Shown here: one piece after another, positions 1 through 8,699 of the stretch | How positions within the stretch are numbered: position 1 is the stretch's first letter | How the letters are laid out: every line of letters starts with the position of its first letter | Virus record (IMG/VR): IMGVR_UViG_3300025030_000093 | Span: 2,507-66,506 of that record | DNA length: 64,000 nucleotides | Reading direction: 5' to 3' (one strand) | DNA from: a virus | Translations under genes and position numbers: made by a program | The notes under the pieces: generated by a model | The model's input: only the letters and a program-made list of their open reading frames with translations | What the model was told of the DNA's origin: nothing | Database searches by the model: none

Positions 1-198
1 CTTGAGCGTATGTTGACGCCCCTGAAAGACGCGGAGGGCGTTCACCTGTCCGATGGCCGGACGCTGGAATACTTGCCGACAACCAAGAGTATCCTCGACC
101 AGAAGAAGTTCAAAGCGGAACAGCCTGAACTCTATGAGGCGTTTTTAAAGCCCTCTATTTCACGCACACCCAGATTGAAAGGGACTATCAATGAGTGA
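1..198 (+). CDS. C-terminal fragment of probable YqaJ-like exonuclease/recombinase partner (partial at window edge)
   Basis: Frame open from base 1; LDQKKFKAEQPELYEAF resembles YqaJ C-termini; overlaps start of RecT. Confidence 0.55.
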   Translation, partial: LERMLTPLKDAEGVHLSDGRTLEYLPTTKSILDQKKFKAEQPELYEAFLKPSISRTPRLKGTINE

Positions 199-1231
199 AG
201 AACAGCAGGAATCCACAGAGGTAGCAACGCACACCCCGGCATCGACACAGACAATTCAAACTTATGCTGGTCGGGGATTAAACCTGACCACCTTTGATGA
301 AATGTGGAGATTTGCCAAGGCCGTTGCCGCATCGGGTCTTGCGCCGAAGGATATGCAGAAGCCTGAGACGCTTTTAGTGGCAATCGAAATGGGACTTGAA
401 GTTGGCTTGACGCCGATGCAGGCTATCCAGAATATCGCCGTGATTAATGGACGCCCCGGCTTGTGGGGTGATGCAATCCCCGGCCTTGTGCGCAGCAGCG
501 GCCACCAAGAGTATTATAAGCAGGAGAAGATTGGTACACCCAGCACAGATGGTTATGGTTATAAGGTTACGAGCAAGCGCAAGGGCGACCCGAATCCAAT
601 CGAGACAACTTTCACGGTGGCCGATGCTAAGAAAGCAAGCTTATGGACCAAGGCCGGACCGTGGACATTCTATCCTGATAGAATGCTACTTAATCGCGCA
701 AGAGCCTTCAATGCCCGCGATAACTTTCCCGATGTACTCAAGGGCATGCGGACGGCGGAAGAAATCATGGATACCGATTTTGAGGTATTAGATTCTACGC
801 CTCTTGCCGATGGCGACAAGACGAACCGGCTGGCGGAGAAACTGACGAAGAAAGAAGAAGTCGAAAAGGTTATTGAGGTTATGGAAGAAGCAGCATACCC
901 GCCCATTTCTGACACGGCGGCCTTTGTCGAACAGGTCGAGAAAGCCACGCAAGAGCGTATTCTTAACGGTCCTCCGCTTGTTGACGGTGATGTGATAAAA
1001 GCCGAACCGCACCAGTCGCCGCAGGAGTCACCGCAGGAGTCACGGCCAAACGATACTTTACCTACCGGCCAAGTGAAAGCGGGGAAGGCGAGTTACATTC
1101 TCAAAAAGCTGGAACTCCGAGAAATATCTATGCCGGACTTGCGGCGTGTAACCAAGGAACTCGGTATCAAGTTCGGCATCCCGCAGAACCTCACCGAGGA
1201 AGAAGCCGGTAGGATATTGGAGAAGTTATAA
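191..1231 (+). CDS. recT: RecT-family ssDNA annealing protein with C-terminal extension
   Basis: Motifs GLEVGLTPMQAIQNIAVINGRPGLWGD and W..YPDRML..RA....ARD.FPDVL.G. Confidence 0.85.
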   Translation: MSEEQQESTEVATHTPASTQTIQTYAGRGLNLTTFDEMWRFAKAVAASGLAPKDMQKPETLLVAIEMGLEVGLTPMQAIQNIAVINGRPGLWGDAIPGLVRSSGHQEYYKQEKIGTPSTDGYGYKVTSKRKGDPNPIETTFTVADAKKASLWTKAGPWTFYPDRMLLNRARAFNARDNFPDVLKGMRTAEEIMDTDFEVLDSTPLADGDKTNRLAEKLTKKEEVEKVIEVMEEAAYPPISDTAAFVEQVEKATQERILNGPPLVDGDVIKAEPHQSPQESPQESRPNDTLPTGQVKAGKASYILKKLELREISMPDLRRVTKELGIKFGIPQNLTEEEAGRILEKL

Positions 1232-1252
1232 ACAATCCAGAAGGAGGCTGTA

Positions 1253-1420
1253 ATGCCAGAGACAAAAGCAGTAATAGATGTGTGGATTCCCGTCGTGGGC
1301 GCGCAAGAACAGATGAAAAAAGTGGTGCGTATTTATGATTTAGACACAACGCTCAGAACTGTTTTGGAAAATCTGCCATTGGATGCAGATGATATTAGGC
1401 TTGAGTTTGCAAACGAATAG
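1253..1420 (+). CDS. hypothetical protein (55 aa)
   Basis: AAGGAGG RBS, ATG 1253 to TAG 1420. Confidence 0.6.
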   Translation: MPETKAVIDVWIPVVGAQEQMKKVVRIYDLDTTLRTVLENLPLDADDIRLEFANE

Positions 1421-1590
1421 AACTTTGCGGGCTGTCTAATGCGGCCTTTGGGTGATACGGCAGCGGCCAACTACCATTAGGCCAATACGGAGTAGATGGG
1501 GAATAGCTAACTCACCGAAAAGTATTGGAAGATAAAGTAGCGGCAACCGTATGGGAAGTCTGGTAAGGTGGGAAAATCCAGCGCAAAGTT
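1421..1590 (+). ncRNA. candidate structured ncRNA (element A)
   Basis: Closing stem AACTTTGCG/CGCAAAGTT; internal pairs GTCTAATG/CATTAGGC, CCAATAC/GTATTGG, ATACGG/CCGTAT, GGTGA/TCACC; no annotated ORF. Confidence 0.55.
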
Positions 1591-1600
1591 ATGACAACAA

Positions 1601-1737
1601 GGGCCGGGCGGCTGACTGCCATAGGCCGTAAGGCGGAGGGCATGTTCATGTCTATGGGTTTGGCGGACAGCAGAGAATCAATGCCGCAAGGTGAGTCTGC
1701 TTATGCTAAGAGCCGGTTCGAGTCCGGCCCCGGCCCT
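1601..1737 (+). ncRNA. tRNA-like RNA with 8-bp acceptor, canonical T-arm and large structured insert (element B)
   Basis: GGGCCGGG/CCCGGCCC acceptor; GCCGG-TTCGAGT-CCGGC T-arm; about 100-nt interior with GNRA hairpins, no anticodon arm. Confidence 0.65.
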
Positions 1738-1746
1738 GTCTAAAAT

Positions 1747-1820
1747 TGCGGACCTTGGTGTAATGGCTGCGCGACCGGGGATGGCCCGGAGGGAGTCGGA
1801 TAGCCACCGACAGGCCCGTA
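1747..1820 (+). tRNA. degenerate tRNA-like cloverleaf (element C; His-like, non-canonical loops)
   Basis: Acceptor (TG)CGGACCT/AGGCCCG(TA) with one mismatch, D-arm GTGT-AATGGCT-GCGC, arm CCGG-GGATGGC-CCGG, T-arm GTCGG-ATAGCCA-CCGAC. Confidence 0.45.
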
Positions 1821-1844
1821 CAAAATCTTGAAAGAAGATGAATA

Positions 1845-2033
1845 ATGACCGAGCCTCAGTATTGTTCCGAACCGGACTGCGAAGTTGATTCTTTACTTGA
1901 TGCAGGTTACTACTGTTCCGTCTGCAAACGCTGGATTTGCGAGAAGCATTACAAAGAGAAACACCAGCATTGCCGGGGCTGCGCTACGGACTTGCCACCG
2001 GAAGCCGTTGATCCACGCGATACAAGAATATAG
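1845..2033 (+). CDS. small Cys/His-rich zinc-finger protein
   Basis: CxxxxC, CxxC, CxxH, CxxC motifs. Confidence 0.65.
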   Translation: MTEPQYCSEPDCEVDSLLDAGYYCSVCKRWICEKHYKEKHQHCRGCATDLPPEAVDPRDTRI

Positions 2034-2124
2034 GGCCGGGTGGCGCAAGCCGGGGTCTGGGACGAGAGACCTGCGTTCGAGAAGCGGTCGCCCGCCGGGA
2101 TGTAAACCAACCGGCCCCGGCCTT
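2033..2124 (+). ncRNA. tRNA-like RNA sharing the 8/5 helix of element B (element D)
   Basis: GGGCCGGG/CCCGGCCT and GCCGG/CCGGC stems, GGC-GCAA-GCC hairpin, GGGTCT/AGACCT stem. Confidence 0.55.
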
Positions 2125-2142
2125 TTAAAATCCGGAGGAAAG

Positions 2143-2322
2143 ATGAAGATTTACGAAGGACCAGGAAAGTCAAGAGAGGCGTGGAGCCGGGGACGCGGAC
2201 GAAAACTTGTGATAAATATAATTCAGGGCGGGGCAGAACTACCCATATTTATTTCTCCACGCAACGCCAAGCGTGTGATAGACGAGATTCGCAAGGCGAT
2301 CAAGGAAAGTGAGGGAAAATGA
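2143..2322 (+). CDS. hypothetical protein
   Basis: GGAGG RBS; ATGA coupling to next gene. Confidence 0.6.
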   Translation: MKIYEGPGKSREAWSRGRGRKLVINIIQGGAELPIFISPRNAKRVIDEIRKAIKESEGK

Positions 2323-2582
2323 TCTTCGACTGGACTGATCCCGAAAAAAGGATACTGGATGAAATTGCCGATCCCGCAATGGGGGAGGAAGATATTATCT
2401 TCGACTACGCCGCCCTGATCGTCTTAACTGGCTATGGCAAGCCCGATCCCCGCATTGATACTGCCAAGATCAACGCGGCAATCGTCAATCGCTGGTCCAA
2501 AACGGCGCGTGATCGGATCAAAAAGGCGGCCTGGAAAAAAGTGGAAGCGGCGTGGGCAAACGAAAGAGAGGGGGGAGAATGA
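2319..2582 (+). CDS. hypothetical phage protein
   Basis: Translationally coupled ORF with RBS. Confidence 0.7.
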   Translation: MIFDWTDPEKRILDEIADPAMGEEDIIFDYAALIVLTGYGKPDPRIDTAKINAAIVNRWSKTARDRIKKAAWKKVEAAWANEREGGE

Positions 2583-2770
2583 AGGCAGAATATCCCGATG
2601 GTGAAAAGACAAAGGGAATCAGCACTGGATCGAGCAAGGGTTGGTACACCAAGGACTTATTCTTTCTTGAGTGCTGGTGTGATGGTTTTTACGGCCAGAC
2701 TACTTTCGACCGCGCAGCGGCGAGGAAACTCCAAGAAGAACTTCGCCTGTTCTGCAAGGGGGAGGAATGA
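2579..2770 (+). CDS. hypothetical protein
   Basis: ATGA overlaps on both sides. Confidence 0.65.
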   Translation: MKAEYPDGEKTKGISTGSSKGWYTKDLFFLECWCDGFYGQTTFDRAAARKLQEELRLFCKGEE

Positions 2771-3192
2771 TGGACCTCGAAACGTTTTGGAAGGGCCTCG
2801 GCGCGGAAATAGCCACAAGTCCAATAGAAAAAATTCCGGGCGGTATATTGGCATTGTGGACAGTGCAAGGCAACTACATCGGCTTTGTTCGCATCCTGCC
2901 CAATGGAGAACATGATTGCTATTTATTCGATCCCTACGATGCCGAGCGGGTCCCGCTGGAAGTGCTGTGGAAAGGACTGGAAAAGAAAATGGCGGAACGA
3001 GCGGCAAGAGGCAATTATGAACCTCGAATGAAAGAAGCCGAGGCCGTGGTTATTTTACGCTACAATCCCCTGTACGGCTATCAAGTGTGTACGGGCAACT
3101 TTAATCTGATAACCGATTATATTTATAGCCTTGATCCCCGCGCTTGTATTATCTCCGCCATCGAGCGGCTTATCGAGGAGGCCGAGAAATGA
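2767..3192 (+). CDS. hypothetical protein
   Basis: GGAGG RBS, coupled ORF. Confidence 0.7.
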   Translation: MMDLETFWKGLGAEIATSPIEKIPGGILALWTVQGNYIGFVRILPNGEHDCYLFDPYDAERVPLEVLWKGLEKKMAERAARGNYEPRMKEAEAVVILRYNPLYGYQVCTGNFNLITDYIYSLDPRACIISAIERLIEEAEK

Positions 3193-3398
3193 CTGACAAA
3201 TCGCGGGTGAATCCTCTCGTTGCTGAGATCAGAAGTCGTGGTTTGTATTGGGGCGAAGTTGTAGAAAGGCCGGGTGGTGAACAAATACTAAAGGCTGAAA
3301 TGGCCGAGCTTTTGCGACAACACGGCCTTGAACTTTTGTGGATTATCAAGAATTGGGCGGACATGAAACATGAGGAGGCCGAGAATGAAAGCAAGTGA
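3189..3398 (+). CDS. hypothetical protein
   Basis: GAGGAGG RBS, ATGA overlap. Confidence 0.65.
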   Translation: MTDKSRVNPLVAEIRSRGLYWGEVVERPGGEQILKAEMAELLRQHGLELLWIIKNWADMKHEEAENESK

Positions 3399-3759
3399 GT
3401 TTCTCGCACTTTGTGAAGACAACTGGGAGGTGGCAAACTGCGAAGTGCAGGCCGCTATGGGACATACTTATTCTGAAGGGCTTTATATTGATAGCCCCGA
3501 AGAAAAACGCCGCGCCGATGCTGTCCTTGAGCGCGAGGTCGAGGACGCGCTGTTCAAACTCGCGGATGAAAAGGATTTAGGCTTGACCGGGTTTCGTGAC
3601 CAAGAGTATAAGGATGTCAATGGAAAATGGACATGCTTTATTCGGTTCCAACTTGCACTTAGGGCGCGAGATGGGGATACAATAATGATGGTATTTGCCA
3701 GCAATAAGTCTTGGCTCATGGCCGCCGCGCTGGTCGAACTAACCACGGAGAGAAAATGA
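3385..3759 (+). CDS. hypothetical protein
   Basis: GAGGAGG RBS. Confidence 0.7.
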   Translation: MKASEFLALCEDNWEVANCEVQAAMGHTYSEGLYIDSPEEKRRADAVLEREVEDALFKLADEKDLGLTGFRDQEYKDVNGKWTCFIRFQLALRARDGDTIMMVFASNKSWLMAAALVELTTERK

Positions 3760-3971
3760 TTATTACTACTCCCGGCAAATATCGCCTGCTTGCTCCGTTA
3801 TTTACGCGGAACACAATCAGTTGCGGCACTATACCAGCAGGCCAAATTATAGAAATTACACAAGTGGATTCGTGCCTGCATAAAGCTATTGGCCCTAAAT
3901 TACTTGGCTGGTGCTATTGGGATATAGACGCTGAATCAGTGCCGAAGGAGGCTTCCGATGGAACTGCTTGA
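3756..3971 (+). CDS. hypothetical protein
   Basis: GGAG RBS, ATGA overlap. Confidence 0.6.
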   Translation: MIITTPGKYRLLAPLFTRNTISCGTIPAGQIIEITQVDSCLHKAIGPKLLGWCYWDIDAESVPKEASDGTA

Positions 3972-4608
3972 CCTGACAAAGCTGACGGAAAGGCTTGAGC
4001 GAATACAAAATTATTATCCGCCTGAAACTGCCGTACTGAAGCGATATGTAATAGATGTATCCGATCTTCTTGCCGAGGACGTGGCGCTGCGGAAAGAGAA
4101 CGAAAGACTCCGGGCCAAGCTCGAAAAGGCCATAGTAGAAATTAAAACAGTCCGCCCTCTTATGGTGCGGACATTTCGGATGCTCTTGTACTGGCATGAG
4201 GAGTTTGGCAACCGCCGTACAGACGATGACGAACAAAGTTTATTGTTAGACCAGATGGAGAAGGCCATGACAGGGCCGAAAGAGGAATATAACCGTGGCG
4301 TTGATACGGCCTATCACGCCAATGACGCCTTAATTACTTCGCTCAAGGCCAAACTTGAGAAGGTACGGACTGGTTTAGAAATAATAGTAAACAAGAGGCA
4401 GCCGGTGGACAACCTGATGGGCGACAAAGATATTGCTGCCATCCTGCTCGCCGATCTTGATTCAGCCGCAGATACGCCCTTTGATACTTTGATGGATAAG
4501 CTCCGCGAAACCAAGATTCAGTCTATCGGCCAAGCCGAGGCGAACATGGCAAATGACTCTGACTTAGCCGGAGAAGTGGAGCATTTTAATGATGAGTTTG
4601 AACGCTAA
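3958..4608 (+). CDS. coiled-coil hypothetical protein
   Basis: GGAGG RBS; repeated L(R/K)AKLEK heptads. Confidence 0.7.
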   Translation: MELLDLTKLTERLERIQNYYPPETAVLKRYVIDVSDLLAEDVALRKENERLRAKLEKAIVEIKTVRPLMVRTFRMLLYWHEEFGNRRTDDDEQSLLLDQMEKAMTGPKEEYNRGVDTAYHANDALITSLKAKLEKVRTGLEIIVNKRQPVDNLMGDKDIAAILLADLDSAADTPFDTLMDKLRETKIQSIGQAEANMANDSDLAGEVEHFNDEFER

Positions 4609-4629
4609 CAGGAGAAGTGGAGGCGAAAG

Positions 4630-4890
4630 ATGTCGGAGCGTGAACTTAAATCGCCACGCTGGACCGGAGCGTATTCAGGCAGCATTGAACGAATAACCCA
4701 AAAGGAAATGGATAGACTCGAATCCTCCAACTCTACACTTATGGAAACGGCTCAAGCTTTTTGCCTGAAGTTTCTGGCCTATGTCAAGTCCAACGAGGGC
4801 GACCGGATACCGGCTTACTATCATACTGAGTTTACAGCACTGAGAAACCTGGTCTTGCCCGAAAAAGAAGTGGAGGAGAAAGATGCGTGA
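4630..4890 (+). CDS. hypothetical protein
   Basis: GGAGG RBS. Confidence 0.65.
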   Translation: MSERELKSPRWTGAYSGSIERITQKEMDRLESSNSTLMETAQAFCLKFLAYVKSNEGDRIPAYYHTEFTALRNLVLPEKEVEEKDA

Positions 4891-5215
4891 TAGTGATGCC
4901 GGGCGTAGGCAGGAACTTGCCATAGAGAATGCCGCGCTCAAGGCCACCAACCTTGAATTAGAGCAGCAAGTAGCACACTGGAAAGCATCTTACTACCCAC
5001 TCAAGGAAGATTTTGAGGGTCTGCGGAAAAATGTAGCGGGCCTCGTAACTGATGGTGTCTTGTCTGATCTTAAACTCAAGGCCGAGGTCGAGAAGCTGGA
5101 GAAGGTGCTGGATAAGATATTAAAGGTTGCCGTCCTATACTATCCAGATTATACGCCCCTACGGAAGCAGTTTGACGAGATAATCAGCATCGCCCGCCAA
5201 GCGCGGAAGGAGTGA
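4883..5215 (+). CDS. coiled-coil hypothetical protein
   Basis: GGAGG RBS, heptad pattern. Confidence 0.65.
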   Translation: MRDSDAGRRQELAIENAALKATNLELEQQVAHWKASYYPLKEDFEGLRKNVAGLVTDGVLSDLKLKAEVEKLEKVLDKILKVAVLYYPDYTPLRKQFDEIISIARQARKE

Positions 5216-5219
5216 AAGA

Positions 5220-5378
5220 ATGACAAAACTTGAAGAATTACAGGCTGAGTTCAAACTAATTAAGGCGGAGCTTTCTGCTGCACAACGGGCACTAAATGAA
5301 TTGGAAATAGATAGAAACGCCTTTAAAAGCGTTGCGGTTTCGCTATCAAAGGCCCTCGAAAGATACCATAAGGAGTGA
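5220..5378 (+). CDS. small coiled-coil protein
   Basis: AAGGAG RBS; MTKLEELQAEF..., below ORF-track length cutoff. Confidence 0.55.
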   Translation: MTKLEELQAEFKLIKAELSAAQRALNELEIDRNAFKSVAVSLSKALERYHKE

Positions 5379-5551
5379 AAGATGAAAGTAAGCATCCACG
5401 CTATTGCACCAGCTATAATTCTTGCGGCGTTAGTCGGCGGCCCGTTTCTTATCAAGGCATACCTCATGTATATTTCTTGGCTTTTTGAGGAGGCTTGTCC
5501 ATTTACTACTTTGTGGCCTTCGTGGCCTTTTACATGGTAAAGGAGCATCCA

Positions 5552-5914
5552 ATGACCACTGAACAGATAGCCGAGGCGCTGGGGCTAAAAGAGGTTGAGT
5601 ACCAACCATCTGATCAGGCGGGAAGTAATGTCTATGAGAAGCTATGGGTCAACGCTGATGAATCGTACTGCTACGGGAGTCTCGGCGAAGTAGAGAAGTG
5701 GCTTGCCTCTCCCGATGGAGAAAAGGCCGTCCGGGACAAAGTGCGGGAACTGTGGTGTGAGGGTTACAGGTGCATTGATTTAGTTCTGCGCGACAACGGA
5801 CAGGTTTTAGGCTTGCTCGACGAAATGGGCGAGCGTCGCAACTTTATTGACGCTGTCGAGTCCTCCGCGTGGCTTGCCGCGCTGGAATTTTTATGGGAAA
5901 GGAAAGAGAAATGA
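5552..5914 (+). CDS. hypothetical protein (possible phage ABA-sandwich-like)
   Basis: AAGGAG RBS before MTTEQIAEALG; C-terminal AWLAALE helix. Confidence 0.6.
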   Translation: MTTEQIAEALGLKEVEYQPSDQAGSNVYEKLWVNADESYCYGSLGEVEKWLASPDGEKAVRDKVRELWCEGYRCIDLVLRDNGQVLGLLDEMGERRNFIDAVESSAWLAALEFLWERKEK

Positions 5915-6114
5915 GCGACAATCTGGTGTCTGGACTACACGATCAAATTTGTCGCGCAAAAGAGATACTTCCGCATTATGAGGCGGTTCCAGCAGGAGCC
6001 TTTGGCGCAATAATGATCCGAGCCGCAATTCAACAAGGGGAAAGCGCCTTATCCGGTGGGAATATTGAAGAAATGATTAGGGCGCACAAATTACTTGAGG
6101 GGATTGCAGAATGA
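5911..6114 (+). CDS. phage hypothetical protein
   Basis: ATGA overlap; PAGAFGA motif. Confidence 0.65.
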   Translation: MSDNLVSGLHDQICRAKEILPHYEAVPAGAFGAIMIRAAIQQGESALSGGNIEEMIRAHKLLEGIAE

Positions 6115-6200
6115 AACGCTTACTACTTCTACTACTTCTCCTGCCGGTGCTGTCATTACCGGCGCGACGTGGGGCACGATAAAGAAGGAAAAGCGTCCAG

Positions 6201-6539
6201 GTGCGATTTAATATCAAAAATACAATAATAGATTTAGCTCTAATAGTTTGGTTATCATCCGGTGTGCTTGTCGGGATTGCGGCCCTTGCCGTTATATTTA
6301 ATAGCCACGAGAACTGTGTTGAAGATAACCGTAACTACTTGCAACAACGAGGATTCTATTATATCTTAACGGACTCGACTCAACAGTTCTATGTATTAAA
6401 CGATCACAACTATCTTTATTTATACAGAGATACGACAGCCTATCATAACTATTTAAGGAAACAAGAACTTATAGAACGCGAAAAGCTGTTGTACCTAAAA
6501 CACTTACTACTTGGCAATAACAAAGGAGGGATAAAATGA
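6201..6539 (+). CDS. membrane-anchored hypothetical protein (AT-rich)
   Basis: N-terminal TM helix; lower GC than neighbours. Confidence 0.65.
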   Translation: MRFNIKNTIIDLALIVWLSSGVLVGIAALAVIFNSHENCVEDNRNYLQQRGFYYILTDSTQQFYVLNDHNYLYLYRDTTAYHNYLRKQELIEREKLLYLKHLLLGNNKGGIK

Positions 6540-7282
6540 AGCTCATCTTTCTACTACTTCTCCTGCCGGTGCTGGCCGGAGCACAGGTTGATTCTTCAAA
6601 TGGATATTGGAGGTTTATCCCATACCAAGCGAGAGGAGGGGGGCCGCTTTCTCGCTACTCTTTCGGGCATTGTGAGTGGGTTCCCGCTGTCATGTCCCGG
6701 CACAAGGCGGAAAAAGAATGGCAGGCGATATACGATTTCTGTGTGGCGGCCTTCGACCACGATCTTGCGACCATATTTGGCAAAACCTACATAGTCAACT
6801 TGGATTGTTTTGCCGATCATCAAACCATACTGTGCCCGATTTGTAGAAAAGATTGGTACAAGGGAAGTAATACTCTTATTCTCAAACATAAGGGCAAAAT
6901 CATCGACCGCATTAAAGCCGTTAAGTTATTTCCACCGCGCGGAATTTTTCAATGGTACGCCCTGCCCTCGCATCGTGGGGACGGCCCCGTAACGCATGAG
7001 CACGGCAAGCACTCGTGCGTCCTCTATTTTGATGGTCTAACAATAAAAGAACAGTCCAGGCAGCAGGCAACTATGCCAGTGATGCCGACAAAATGGTCAG
7101 TGGAGGGCAAGATATTTGCACTTCAGGCCCGCCTTGACTCCCTTGAGGCGAAGTTGTCCAGGGTGCATATCGACTCGGTTATGGTTGCAGGTGAGTGGAG
7201 TTTCACGCCTAGACGGGTAGATCAGTATTGGATTCCACCGCACTGGAAGCAGATAATCTCATTCGACCCGGAGGGGGAATGA
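6536..7282 (+). CDS. secreted hypothetical protein (Sec signal peptide)
   Basis: MKLIFLLLLLPVLAGA|Q signal; GGAGG RBS. Confidence 0.7.
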   Translation: MKLIFLLLLLPVLAGAQVDSSNGYWRFIPYQARGGGPLSRYSFGHCEWVPAVMSRHKAEKEWQAIYDFCVAAFDHDLATIFGKTYIVNLDCFADHQTILCPICRKDWYKGSNTLILKHKGKIIDRIKAVKLFPPRGIFQWYALPSHRGDGPVTHEHGKHSCVLYFDGLTIKEQSRQQATMPVMPTKWSVEGKIFALQARLDSLEAKLSRVHIDSVMVAGEWSFTPRRVDQYWIPPHWKQIISFDPEGE

Positions 7283-7380
7283 CAAAGCGTGGGCATATCT
7301 TACCCGGTGAGTATCCGGGCTTAGTGCATCCGCCATACTCTACTGAAAGAGCGCCTGGCAATCTCTTTTAAGGAGGCCCC

Positions 7381-7710
7381 ATGCAAGCCTTGACGCAGGA
7401 ACAAGCCGAACGCGCCGCGAAATGCTGCGGTCCGCAGTGGGTGTCAGAAGTTGCCGTGATGTCTTTTACGCAGAGAACCGATCCCGACTTCTGGTTTCCG
7501 AGATTGTGGCAAGAATTAAGAATACGCTGCCCGAAGTTCAATATGATTGGCGACTCAAATGAACCCCGATTTGAATTTCATTTAGGAAGTAGAATTGTTT
7601 GGAATGATGATATGTTTCTCGCCCTGCTGGAGGCAATCGAGGCGCTGGAGGGGGAGAAAGATGAAGCCCTACGGCGAGTTAATCTCTTTTCTCTGGACAA
7701 CTCCAATTAG
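7381..7710 (+). CDS. hypothetical protein
   Basis: AAGGAGG RBS. Confidence 0.6.
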   Translation: MQALTQEQAERAAKCCGPQWVSEVAVMSFTQRTDPDFWFPRLWQELRIRCPKFNMIGDSNEPRFEFHLGSRIVWNDDMFLALLEAIEALEGEKDEALRRVNLFSLDNSN

Positions 7711-7844
7711 GTATTTATTCTACTGGATTGCCGCAGTCGCCATTGGTCTTGTGATTATATTTTTTTCGCTGGCGAACTAATATCCGAGGAGAATTTAAAA
7801 TGCGCGGAAAGATTGACATCCCCGAAAATAGAAAGGGGAGATAG

Positions 7845-8639
7845 ATGAGGTTTATTGATTTAACAGGGCAACAATTCGGAAAATGGATGACCATACAGCA
7901 AGCACCGAACAAAGATGGGCGCACGACGTGGTTGTGCCGGTGCGAGTGTGGTACGGAGGCCATCATAAAGTCTTTCATACTACGCGGGGGTGAGTCAACC
8001 CATTGCACTGACTGTAATGGCCCGTGCAGGACAATTGATTTAATGGGACAGAGATTTGGAAAGTGGCTTGTAATCGCTGGGCCTTATCACAAAGGACGCC
8101 ATGCTGGCTGGTTATGCCGCTGCGAATGCGGGGCAGAGGCGATATTGGGTGGAGCTTGTCTTCGACGAGGTGGCTCAAAGCAATGTCGTTCTTGTGCATC
8201 AAAGGGACATGGGTTATCACGAACTATAATTTACCATAGATGGGAATCCATGATGGGCAGGTGCTACGGCGATAAGCGCTCATTCTATAAAAATTATGGT
8301 GGGCGTGGAATTAAAGTTTGCGATGAATGGCATAACCCCGTGGCGTTTGTCGAATGGGCTTTAGCAAACGGCTACGAAGAAAATCTGTCTCTTGATCGTA
8401 TTGACAACGACGGCGATTATTGTCCTGAGAACTGCCGATGGGCAACGTTAAAACAACAGGCGAGAAATAAAAGAACGTCTCGATTGATTGATATTGATGG
8501 TACTATAAAGACATTGAGCGAATGGTCTGAAGCGGCGGGTTTGTGTAGAGAAACAATTAGGTATCGCTATCTGCGCGGCTGGCCGAAGAATCAGTTGTTA
8601 TGTGCACCCCCAAGCCATAGCAATCGAGTTTGTCCCTAA
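7845..8639 (+). CDS. free-standing HNH homing endonuclease with duplicated N-terminal IDLxGQxFG/WLCRCECG module
   Basis: YGGRGIKVCDEW, LSLDRIDNDGDYCPENCRWAT..QQ.RN motifs. Confidence 0.9.
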   Translation: MRFIDLTGQQFGKWMTIQQAPNKDGRTTWLCRCECGTEAIIKSFILRGGESTHCTDCNGPCRTIDLMGQRFGKWLVIAGPYHKGRHAGWLCRCECGAEAILGGACLRRGGSKQCRSCASKGHGLSRTIIYHRWESMMGRCYGDKRSFYKNYGGRGIKVCDEWHNPVAFVEWALANGYEENLSLDRIDNDGDYCPENCRWATLKQQARNKRTSRLIDIDGTIKTLSEWSEAAGLCRETIRYRYLRGWPKNQLLCAPPSHSNRVCP

Positions 8640-8699
8640 CGCACTCCGAAGGGCGGTGCATGAGTTGGATTTGAAGCATAGGAGAAATGGGAAGGCCGA

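Noticed and set aside
1012-1043. Short tandem repeat in recT (QSPQESPQES)
   Set aside because: Low-complexity linker duplication with no evidence of function.
1421-1590. Twister ribozyme or group I intron fragment
   Set aside because: TAATGCGGCC and AAGATAAAGT resemble pieces of those consensuses, but the other conserved elements are missing or out of order.
1601-1737. tRNA-Sec or tmRNA
   Set aside because: 8/5 helix present but no TCA anticodon arm; far too short for tmRNA, no tag ORF, no G3.U70.
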